Shown here piece by piece: positions 36,662 to 48,500 of a stretch of 64,000 nucleotides of DNA. The notes beneath the pieces are model-generated. The model had not been told where the DNA came from and did not search any database. It saw nothing but the letters and a program-made list of their open reading frames with translations. The stretch's first letter is position 1, and every line of letters starts with the position of its first letter. The translations under genes and the position numbers were made by a program. The stretch covers positions 186,001 to 250,000 of the forward strand of contig NIVC01000493.1 of the NCBI GenBank assembly GCA_002269645.1, in the 5' to 3' direction. Source of the stretch: Macrostomum lignano. Lineage: Eukaryota.

Positions 36662-39639
36662 TGTCTTTAGATACTTAGCATTTGACTCTGGTCTCTGTAG
36701 AAGCTTACTGAAATAAAACAATATCATTAAAGAATGTTTAACTGTATTTTTTATTAAAATGTGGTTAGACTCAAGCAGTAGAGATTTTCTATGCCATATT
36801 AATGCACTTTGTATAGTTAAGGTGATAGGGGATAAAGTTAAGATGAATGCAATACTAACCATTCTTTTTATACAATAAATAAATAAAACCTATAAATCAG
36901 TAATAAGTTAAACTATTACTGTTACTTTTATTTTATCATTATGTTATAGCAAATAATATAATAACTTTTACTATTGATTTTTTATATCATTAAAAGCTAT
37001 ATAAAAATAGTTAGCTACTACAGATAAGGATATAAGAAAACATTTGATATGGCTACAAATATACATATAGGAAAAAAATTTATTACTATTAAACTATAGA
37101 TCTATAGAATTTTTTGGAATAAACTTTGGCAAATTAAGGGTAAGTTGCTAAATCAATAACCAAAATTAAAAAATATATATATTAGCTAGATTAGAAGATA
37201 GTTTCATGCATATAAAATTTATATTAATAGGATTGCATCTTATAAATCCAATATATAAAATGTAAAAAATCATAAATTTTCTTATTTATTTTAGTAAAAA
37301 ATATTGTTCAACATATATTATTTTAATCATATTTTATAAATAATGTGTAGGCTATATAGCCTATGTCAATAATAATAAGCCAATAATAAATAGTTGCTTT
37401 AGAATTTAAGTTCTATAATTACAACTATAAAGTTAAAAAAATTGGAATCTAGATTGACAAATTAGGCCTAACTTATAAAGTTAAATAGACTATCTATGAG
37501 GGCCTCCCAAAAGTTTATATAATCATGTTATAGTTTAGACTGACATTAGCCTACATCAAAAAGTTGATTTTTTACAAGGATTCAAAATAGGATGCATTGA
37601 ATAAAATGGTTTGTTCCTAGCATTCCAGCAATTTCTGAACACTTTTTGCAACATATAAATCACTTTGGTGTTTTAGAAATCAGATGATCTCATTAAAGAG
37701 CTCATTTAAGCATTGATACTGGCAACTTTATGTCTTCTATAAGAATTTGATAAATGGTAAATTAAGGAATTTCACTAAGTTCTACTATTTTTTGAATGTT
37801 TATCATGAATCAATTTCTAGCAAACCACAGATAAGCTCAATGTTGCTATCAATCTGCACTTCTCAGGGTCTCTTAGATCGTGGCTTGTCCAAAGTCAAAC
37901 TCAAAATATAGCCACTCTTGAACTAATCCTACCATTTGTATATAATATGCTAAAATATAATGCATCTTTGCTATATGCATCTATAAGCTAGGAAGCTGCC
38001 AATAGACTTGTGTAACTAGCAGTTTTATAGCCATTCAGTTTTAATATAATACCACTACTTGTTCTATGGGTCATATCATTTTATTACTGCAATATTAGCC
38101 AGAGGGAAAATATTAAGACCTATTATTAGGGAGAATTGCAATAATGATAAGAAAAATACAAATATCTCAAGTGTGTACAAAATTATTAGCCACAAAGTAG
38201 CAGTGATAATAGTTGCAGGTAGTAGAGCAATGTCTATAGTAGAATCAATTAAACTTTTGGGATACCTCTTAGTCTTATATAGGGCCTAACTTCAAGATAA
38301 AATTGACTTCTTAAAAAATAACAATTATATATTAATATAAATTTAAACTAATCTATTCTAAGCATATTTTTTTATTTACTTAAACTAATAAATAATTATG
38401 TCTAGTAGAAATATTATTATTAAAAATAGCAAAATTAACTATTAATTTTAGAAAAAAGAATTATAATTAAAAATAAAATTATAGATGGCTATAGGTGCAT
38501 AGCTATAGCTCCTTATTTTGACTTTTTTATATTTGACTAATTTATTCTTTTTTAATATTAAGTAAAACAAAGTTCTTGCAGTTTGTGAAAATAAGGCTAT
38601 AGATAAAATGTCTAGAACTAAAAGCCACATATGTGTGCAGAGATATAAAAACTTAAAAAATGCCATTAACTAAAGTGATAGGGAACAACCCAAATTCAAG
38701 TATTTCATTTTATAGCAGGCTTCAAAAACTATGAGAATTTTTTACTTTACTTAATAATTATACATTTGATTTGCAATATGCAATAACTTGACGTCTTGAT
38801 TAATTCTATTCTATAAGATTTTTTTATTTATAGGCAGTAAAAACAATTAGGTATAATTCTAACTAGGCCTAGTAGTAGTTACACTTTTAGTTTTATTAGG
38901 GTCTAGTCTAGGCCCTAGCTCTACTGCCTAGCCTAGATCTAGTCTAGTTTGGCTAAGAAAGCACATTCAAAGGAGATAACTGCAAACAACAATGACAACA
39001 AGGACCAAAGGAGCCTACTTATTGTAAGGCTACCTATAGCCTTACAGCCTATAGTAAAAGTGATTGATTGGTTGATTTTCCTAGTAGACCTAGTAATTAA
39101 TTAGGCCTATACTATGTCTATGTCGATTTCCATAATACTCTAGCGCTACGTGTACTTTGCTTTGGTTTAGGGACAAAATTTTATTTTGAATCTGACAAGT
39201 GGTAATAGGCATAACTACGGATGGATTTAGCGTGTGAATCTGTAGTTATTCCTAGTAATAGATTAGGCCTGCTGCTGCCTATACAGCACTATTTCAGAGA
39301 CAGTCAGACTAAAAAACCATCGAATTAGAGATACGTCTCCTTTCATATTCCTGCATCCATTGGCATTAGATCCCAGGATAGGAAGCGTTATTCAGACAGA
39401 TTCAAATCAGGCTCATGAGTCGATCACCAACATTCAAAACACTTGATTACTAGTCTATACATACATTCGCTTGCTTGCTTGCTTAGTTACAGGCCTAACT
39501 TGCACTGCAAAAAATATTAAAAGTAGCCAAATTAAAAACACGCCTGTTATTTTCAATAAACATTTAGCGTAGAAAACGAAAAGACCTTGATGAAACAACG
39601 GATCCTAGGAGGAAAGTAAATAATATAAGCCTCCTCGGA

Positions 39640-40456
39640 TGGTGAACCAAGAAGTTCAATTATGGGGATTCCTTCGAGCGGAAGGGGGTAATTTAGACGA
39701 AAATTTGCTTGGTCTGCCTTACTTTTTGCGGGAACCGATCAAAAGGGCGGGTAGTCAAAGGGTGACACCTCTCCCGACTGCCCTGTGCAACTATGTCCAA
39801 GTGACGTGGATCACCAGCTTCATCTGGAACGTCCATGACATCTCCGTATACAGACAGGTAAAGTTATGAAAAAAACCCTACTATGTACCCGGACGAAATG
39901 TACCCGGAAGTACGAGCCAACTATTCACTTTGCTTAAATATCCTTTTCGTTGGACGAATGTTCTTTGGCAGCCCGGGTAGTCGGTCGACAATTTTTATAC
40001 ACATTACGTGTACACTGCTTATTATTTACGCGTTTGTGTATATTCTTTATTTCACAGGCGATTCGGACCAACAACTTAGACAGCTGGCATCGTGCGCTAA
40101 ACTACAGAGCCCAGCGAGAAAACATGCAATTCTATCTGATTGCAAGCTCCTATTCAATGAAGAAGCGCGTATGATCCCCGTGGAGGTGCAGCTCCTCCTC
40201 CAAGGAGTAATGCGCCGCGTACAGCATGGACGTCGCCCCGACTAAAACAGTGCATCCAATATTTGCCCGCGACGATGGCGACCAATGGCGACTTCATAGC
40301 GACGTCGACGCGACGTACTGCCTTGCTTGGGCAGCGCACCAGATACCGAGGTATATACAGGCCCAGTGCTTCAAGTACTGGAGAGAATTCAGGCGCGGCA
40401 ATCGTTCAGTGGATGATCTACTGAATGCGGTTAGTGAAATAGATGGACCCTTATAG
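39640..40456 (+). mobile_element. 3' fragment of a MULE (Mutator-like) transposase with one intron, a frameshift and a small insertion
   Basis: LLGLPYF...LCNYVQVTWIT...SVYRQ|AIRTNNLDSWHRALN (GT-AG intron ~39858-40058), then LLFNEEARMIP and YWREF...DLLNAVSEIDGPL*. The RTNNxxExWH-type motif is typical of MULE C-termini. Confidence 0.6.
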
Positions 40457-40614
40457 TAACGGAGTCTAATACATTTTAATTGCTCGTACATTTTAACAAA
40501 TACAAGCTTCTAATGCATGTAAACTTGTACATGTAATTTCAATGTACACACACTGTAACTGTCACCCTTTTGACCTGTAGCCCTTTTTTCTGGGTTTATG
40601 AGACTTGATCCTGT

Positions 40615-42757
40615 TGTAAATAGCATCAGTTTCGCTCTCGCGTGCGCGTGAACTTATGTGTTACAGAAGCTGAAGTCAGCGCTCTCGGCGCCTCCACTGC
40701 TGAAGCTGCCGGACTTCTCCGGGTCGCGGGTGTCCTCAGCCAGCTGCACAAAGGCGTTGAATGTCGTAGCATACGCATCGCGAGTCCTGAACAAGTCAGA
40801 GCGGAATTACTCGACAACGCACCGAGAGCTTCTTGCAATGGTGTGGGCAATGAAGCACTTCCGAAACTACTTGGCGTCAGCTGGTGAAATTCTGGTCTTC
40901 AGCGACCACAAGCCGTTGCAAGGGTTGCTGAACAAAAAAAGAACCCGAAGGCCGCCTCGCCAGGTGGATCACCTACCTGCAAGAGATCAACTTCACGCTG
41001 CTCTTCAGACCCGGTCACGAGAACGTGGTGGCAGATGCGCCAAGCCGAGCGGCGGCGACTCGGCTGCCACCTGTCTGGTCGGACGAGGCTATCAGTGCAG
41101 CGCAGGCTGACGACTCGGTGCTGGCGGCGGCACAACGGCTGCTCATCGGACAGCAGCCCCGCCGAGGCAAGGCTGCAGAGGATGCAGAGAGCCTGCTGAG
41201 GACAGAAAAGCTGGATCTAGGTGAGGACGGCGTCATCAGAAGGAGCGGCAAGCCTGTCATTCCGCTTCAACTCCGCCAGGAGCTTCTGAGGTTGCTGCAC
41301 GATGATCTGGCGAGTGGACACCTCGGACCCGACAGGACACTGGCCAGAGTCGTCAACAGAGCCTGGTGGCCTGGCCTCAAGGACGTTCAGCACTGGGTAA
41401 ACAGCTGCGAAGTTTGTCAGCGTCGTAAGGTGCCACATCAGCACCAGAGGGCACCACTGCAGGACAACGCCGTGCCATCGGCCCCGTGGGAGATGGTGCA
41501 GGTGGACATTAAGGGACCCCTGCCTACGACCGAGGCTGGCCTCAAGCACATCATCTGCTTCACGGATGTGTTTTCAAAGTGGGTCGAGGCGATGGCAGTG
41601 ACAAACATCGAAGCCCGCACGGTGGCTGAGGCAATGCTGCGCAGTGTGGTTCTTCGCCATGGGTCGCCTGGAATCATCCATTCCGATCAAGGTCGTCAAT
41701 TCGAAAGCGAGGTCTTCAAGGAACTGTGCCAGCTGCTCGATATTCGCAAGACAAGGACGATCCTGTTTCATCCAAGCGGCAACCCAGTGGTCGAGCGGTT
41801 TAACAGAACATTGGGCGACATGCTGGCGGCCTACTGCATGGAACAGCACGACAAGTGGGCAGACTTCCTGCCGTATGGATGGGCGTGCAATTCGTCGGTG
41901 CACAGGACAACAAAGCAATCGCCATATGCAGTGCTGCACGGGCGCGATCCCCGGATTCCCGCCGATCTCAGTCTGCCGGCCACCAGCGAGGGCGCGTCAT
42001 CACGGACACGCTAGCCAACGCCCGCACCGGAATGCAGCTCGTGCGGCAGCGCCTGCTGTCGACTCAGCGGTCGCGGAAGCAGCACTTCGACAAGCGCCAT
42101 CACTTCACTCCGTTTCAGGTCGGCCAGCTGGTGATGCTCAGCAACCCGGCGGTCCGGAAAGGCGAATTCAAGGCGCTCCGCCGTCGGTGGCTGGGGCCCT
42201 ACCGCATTCTCGAAAAGCTCGGCCTCGTCACCTACCGAATCTCTAAGCCCGCCGGCCAGAGGCGAAGCTCGGTGGTGCATCACGACCGGCTGAAGGCGTT
42301 CGTGCGCAGGCGGCCGCAGCCAACGCTTGCGTTGCCCGCCGCTGACCCGCATGCTGCAGAGGACGGCCGGCCGCCCAGTCCCGTTGATCTGCGGCAGACC
42401 TGGACGGATCTGCTGGACGAGCCGACGGCTTCTGGGCCTCGTCGCTCTGAGAGGACTCGGAGACCGCCTGATTTTTTTGTTGCGCATTTCTAATCAAACA
42501 AACATGCTGTCGCGCTCGAATTCTAAGTTAAATCGTCACTTTTTTTAAGCCATTGTTTTTTTTAAATCCTCAATTTAGGGAGGGAGTGATGTAAATAGCA
42601 TCAGTTTCGCTCTCGCGTGCGCGTGAACTTATGTGTTTTATGCTCAGTGTACAATCGCCAGTGTACATTTCAAAATCAAATATAAAATATCTCGCTTGGC
42701 TTTAGCCACTTCTTGTTTTCTCGGACTAGCCCAAACCTGCCTTTTGCTTAGTTTACA
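40615..42757 (+). mobile_element. Internally deleted Ty3/gypsy LTR retrotransposon retaining partial RNase H and the integrase
   Basis: The first 48 bp match the 3' LTR. There is a CTGT 4-bp TSD (40611-40614 and 42758-42761) and a polypurine tract before 42590. Protein motifs are VVAYASR, ELLAMVW, SDHKPL, HHCC (H..GH..C..C), VDIKGP/HSDQGRQF/VERFN and WLGPY. Confidence 0.92.
42590..42757 (+). repeat. 3' LTR (168 bp, TGTAAA...TTTACA)
   Basis: TG...CA ends with 6-bp inverted termini; preceded by AGGGAGGGAGTGA. Confidence 0.88.
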
Positions 42758-42955
42758 CTGTGAAGGAGAGGAACGTAAAGTAAGCCAATGAAAATCTACC
42801 GAATGAATTAAACAACTTAATTTTTTTCAAATTTAAACTTCAAATATAAGTTCTTTAGGCTAAAAACTGATTGGAAGATGAAGAGCTTTTCAGTAGGTCT
42901 GCTACTTACTACCTACTAGTGTATGAGCTGTACTGTCACAACAAAAATCTGAAGG

Positions 42956-43880
42956 GAGGGGACCGCGTCGCGGACACCGGCACCAGCGGATCTCCATACT
43001 CGGCACAGCAGCACGACTCTGGGCAGTACGACTCAGCACGGATGATGTGGCCTGCCAGCTAGAGTCGCCGAGGGCGCAACAGGTCGCTTGGACGGACCAG
43101 ACCGGCCAAGTGATACAAAGCCGCGTTGCAGATCACTCGCTCGTAGCCCATCTTGAAGGCGGTGCACAACAGGCCAGCATGCGCCGCGTCAACTTATTGC
43201 TCGAGCGACTCCGTCAGCGTCCAGGTCTCGGCGTTGTACAGCGGGACGGTCTCTATCACCGACTGGAACAACGCCGCCCTGATCTGGCGGTCAGGTTAAG
43301 GCCTTAGACTGCAGGACTGCCTTCACAGAACAAAAGGCAGCCCAGACAAGCCCGCAAATCCTCGTAGACGCCAGGAACCAGACCGCCGAGGTAAACGAAC
43401 TGCTGACAACGCCTGTCCATCAGCGCCTTGGCACAAAATCGCTGCCTCGATGTCGTCCGGCACGCAGAGCACGACGGTCTTCTGCGTGTTGACCACTAGG
43501 CCGACACTCGCCGCAACAGCAACTAGCTTGTCCAGTTGTCGCTGGGCACCCTCGACAGTTAAGGACGAGGTCGTCGGCGTAGCCAAGCACGCTGAGCCGC
43601 CTCTCCGATTGACGTCGAACCAAGCGTCGCCGCAACAGAAAGCCGTCGTCGTTGGTAGGAAGAGCGGTCCGCAGCACCCAGCCAAGCACCAGAACGAACA
43701 GAAACGGCGCAAGTGTTATCTGCCTGAAGCACCCCGAAGGATGTCTCAAAGAAGTCCGATAGGCCGTCCGATGTTGAAACAGCAGCTTTTGTATCACGGT
43801 ACATCGTAATGGCGGAAATCAGCTGCTCTGGCACGGAGCACCTTTTGGAGCACAGATCGACCTGACGACCGAATTAACGG
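42956..43880 (-). mobile_element. 5'-truncated, frameshifted RTE-like non-LTR retrotransposon (reverse transcriptase C-half)
   Basis: RHYDVPEQL...FGVLQ, TLAPFLFVLVL, LGYADDL, GLVVNTQKT, FVYLGG and LLYNAETWTLT-like segments are spread across frames. Confidence 0.8.
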
Positions 43881-44722
43881 AATATTGATGATGAACTGAG
43901 CTGAGCCCTTTATTATATTCAATCTAACCCTGAATCTGTACAGTACATTGTCATACGCATGTAGTACGAGTACAAGTTTGTTGAAAACATCAACTAACTC
44001 CGCGTTACGAGGTAGGTACACATGTCAATGTAAGTGTGTAATTGTGAAATAAACTGTGATTGTGTATTTCCTACAAGAGAACTTTATACAGTGATTCTTG
44101 TTGGTGAAATCATAAGTCGGCGTTATTTAACAGTAGCAATTTATTTTTATTTAGGTCCGTCCATCAACATAGGAAACGTTGAATGTCGGAATACCGTTAT
44201 TAAATGTACCAGTACATGTAATTTGCAGATCATGTATATTTTTGGGTCATACGTCGACTGTGCTCTATTTTAGACATTAATATTTACTCAGTTGTTTACT
44301 CGTCCATAGGTCAATTTGCCTGCACAAATGTTTATTTATGTCTTGTAGTGTACTCGCACGAGTATATGATCACCTATGTTATACTTGTAGTAGCAGTAGA
44401 GTGCATGCAGAGTGGTGTGATGCTTTTCAGCTTTTTTTTATTTTCCTACTCCTTCAGTTTCTACTTCTTATTGTCTATTCTCCTGCTCAGATGCGCCCGT
44501 GGGTTGTGAAAAGAAGTTTTATGAAAGGGGGCTTGGATGGCAATTTTTTTATAAAGCATTCAACTACCATCCGCGTGGCAGACAACTTAAGCTTAAAGCA
44601 GTTTTGCGGCACTCGCTTCTCGCGTGGTCTGAGCTAATAATAGAACTGATGAGTTGGGCTATCAGGGTGTCCTTAGAAAAAAGAAATAGAAACTTTTGTA
44701 AAAGAGTTTATTAAAGCTAACT

Positions 44723-44938
<216 letters not shown>

Positions 44939-45535
44939 CAATCAAAATCGAAACTCGAGTCTTCTACCTCCAGTCATTATTCTAGAAGGTGGCGGAATTT
45001 TCTGCGTTTGTTATCGCAGACAATAAGCAATAAAAAGTTCGTGCATCAATCGTAAATCGTGTAACAATATTTTCGAGTCGTCCGCCGCAGGACGCAATGG
45101 CTAGACTGAAAATTAGGGCAATAAAAGCAGTTCAAGTTTTTCATATTCGAAACGGATAACTTGGAACAGAGGCTATGCGAGCTACGAGCTAGAAAAATCC
45201 GGACGGGATGAGCTCACACTGTAAAGTTTGTGTGCCGTACCTTGGACAGCCAATGAGATCGCCTCTACTTCATTGTCTTCAAGCCTCATCGTCTTAAAGA
45301 ATAGAAAAAAATTAATAAATGGTTTAAATGCACGGCTCTGGCGTCTTAGTACAGAAGTGCGTTAGCGAATGAGAATTGTCTAGTTATAATAGATCTGGTG
45401 TACATAAAAGCATTGGACTTTCGCATTTGCTGCAATCGAAGGAGATAATTGTTTTAAATTCTCTATTGAACAGTACCGCACACGTAATACACAGTTTCAA
45501 TTGTAATTTCTATACTCTCGATTTCCTAGCCAAAT

Positions 45536-48500
45536 ATGCGATGCAGTGCAATTCGGCTGCTCATAGGCCTTGCAATAGCACTGGCACTGCTGGGTAAGTT
45601 CTTCGGGAACAAGCTATTCAAAAAAAATTTTTTTATTAAAGTTTGTCAATTCCATGAAATTTTGTTTCAAGGTTAGCATAAAATTAACATCGACGACAAG
45701 GCTGATAGCCAGATCATCGCTGATCTAGTCAGTGAAAATTTACCTAGAAATGATTCCATTTTAATTTATCGTAGTTATATGGTATTATTAAGCATAAAGT
45801 TCGGTTTATTTGAAAATTAATTAACATAATTGCATAAACAGACTCAAATGGGCAAGCCTCAACTACTGACACACCCATGGAGCCGACGCCGACTCCAGTG
45901 ACAGTTGCTGACACAACGGAGGCCACTGACACAACCGTCAAACCGACACCGACACCTGTACCGTCTCCCGAGGATACTGACACAACGGAGGCGACTGACA
46001 CAACAGAAGCGACTGACACAACGGAGGCGACTGACACAACGGAGGCGACTGACACAACAGAAGCGACTGACGCAACGGTAGAGCCAACACCGTCTCCAAC
46101 ACCGTCCCCCGAGGTCACTGACACAACGGAGGCGACTGACACAACGGTAGAGCCGACACCGTCTCCAACACCGTCCCCCGAGATCACTGACACAACGGAG
46201 GCGGCTGACACAACGGAGGCGACTGACACAACGGAGGCGACTGACACAACGGAGGCGACTGACACAACTGAGGCGACTGACACAACGGTAGAGCCGACAC
46301 CGTCTCCAACACCGTCCCCCGAGGTCACTGACACAACGGAGGCGACTGACACAACTGAGGCGACTGACACAACGGAGGCGACTGACACAACTGAGGCGAC
46401 TGACACAACGGTAGAGCCGACACCGTCTCCAACACCGTCCCCCGAGGTCACTGACACAACGGAGGCGGCTGACACAACTGAAGCGACTGACACAACGGTA
46501 GAGCCGACACCGTCTCCAACACCGTCCCCCGAGATCACTGACACAACGGAGGCGACTGACACAACGGAGGCGACTGACACAACGGTAGAGCCGACACCGT
46601 CTCCAACACCGTCCCCCGAGGTCACTGACACAACGGAGGCGACTGACACAACTGAAGCGACTGACACAACTGAGGCGACTGACACAACTGAGGCGACTGA
46701 CACAACGGTAGAGCCGACACCGTCTCCAACACCGTCCCCCGAGGTCACTGACACAACGGAGGCGGCTGACACAACTGAAGCGACTGACACAACGGTAGAG
46801 CCGACACCGTCTCCAACACCGTCCCCCGAGATCACTGACACAACGGAGGCGACTGACACAACGGAGGCGACTGACACAACGGAGGCGACTGACACAACGG
46901 TAGAGCCGACACCGTCTCCAACACCGTCCCCCGAAATCACTGACACAACGGAGGCGACTGACACAACGGAGGCGACTGACACAACGGAGGCGACTGACAC
47001 AACGGAGGCGACTGACACAACGGTAGAGCCGACACCGTCTCCAACACCGTCCCCCGAGGTCACTGACACAACGGAGGCGACTGACACAACGGAGGCGACT
47101 GACACAACTGAAGCGACTGACACAACGGTAGAGCCGACACCGTCTCCAACACCATCCCCCGAGATCACTGACACAACGGAGGCGACTGACACAACGGAGG
47201 CGACTGACACAACGGAGGCGACTGACACAACTGAGGCGACTGACACAACGGTAGAGCCGACACCGTCTCCAACACCGTCCCCCGAGGTCACTGACACAAC
47301 GGAGGCGACTGACACAACGGAGGCGACTGACACAACGGTAGAGCCGACACCGTCTCCAACACCGTCCCCCGAGATCACTGACACAACGGAGGCGACTGAC
47401 ACAACGGAGGCGACTGACACAACGGTAGAGCCGACACCGTCTCCAACACCGTCCCCCGAGATCACTGACACAACGGAGGCGACTGACACAACGGAGGCGA
47501 CTGACACAACGGAGGCGACTGACACAACGGTAGAGCCGACACCGTCTCCAACACCGTCCCCGAGGTCACTGACACAACGGAGGCGACTGACACAACACAC
47601 ACTGAAGCGAGACACACAACGGTAGAGCCGACACCGTCTCCAACACCATCCCCCGAGATCACTGACACAACGGAGGCGACTGACACAACGGAGGCGACTG
47701 ACACAACGGAGGCGACTGACACAACGGAGGCGACTGACACAACGAGAGCCGACACCGTCTCCAACACCGTCCCCCGAGGTCACTGACACAACGGAGGCGA
47801 CTGACACAACGGAGGCGACTGACACAACTGAGGCGACTGACACAACTGAGGCGACTGAAACAACGGTAGAGCCGACACCGACTCCAACACCGTCCCCCGA
47901 GGTCACTGACACAACGGAGGCAACTGACACAACTGAGGCGACTGACACAACGGTAGAGCCGACACCGACTCCAACACCGTCCACCGAGGTCACTGACACA
48001 ACGGAGGCAACTGACACAACTGAGGCGACTGACACAACGGTAGAGCCGACACCGACTCCAACACCGTCCCCCGAGGTCACTGACACAACGGAGGCGACTG
48101 ACACAACGGAGGCGACTGACACAACGGTAGAGCCGACACCGTCTCCAACACCGTCCCCCGAGGTCACTGACACAACTGGAGTAACTGACACAACTGGAGT
48201 ACCTGATACAACCGGAGTAACTGACACAGCTGGAGTACCTGATACAACCAGAGTAACTGACACAACTGGAGTAACTGACACAACTGGAGTAACTGACACA
48301 ACTGGAGTAACTGACACAACTGGAGTAACTGACACAACCGGAGTAACTGACACAACCGGAGTAACTGCAACAACCATGGAGCTAACGTTAACTCCATCGC
48401 CAACCTTCGAGGGAACGGGCACATCTGAAACAACCCAGCCTACAATTGAGTTGACAGCAACTCCTGCACCCTCTACGGAGACATTTGGCACCACTGAGAT

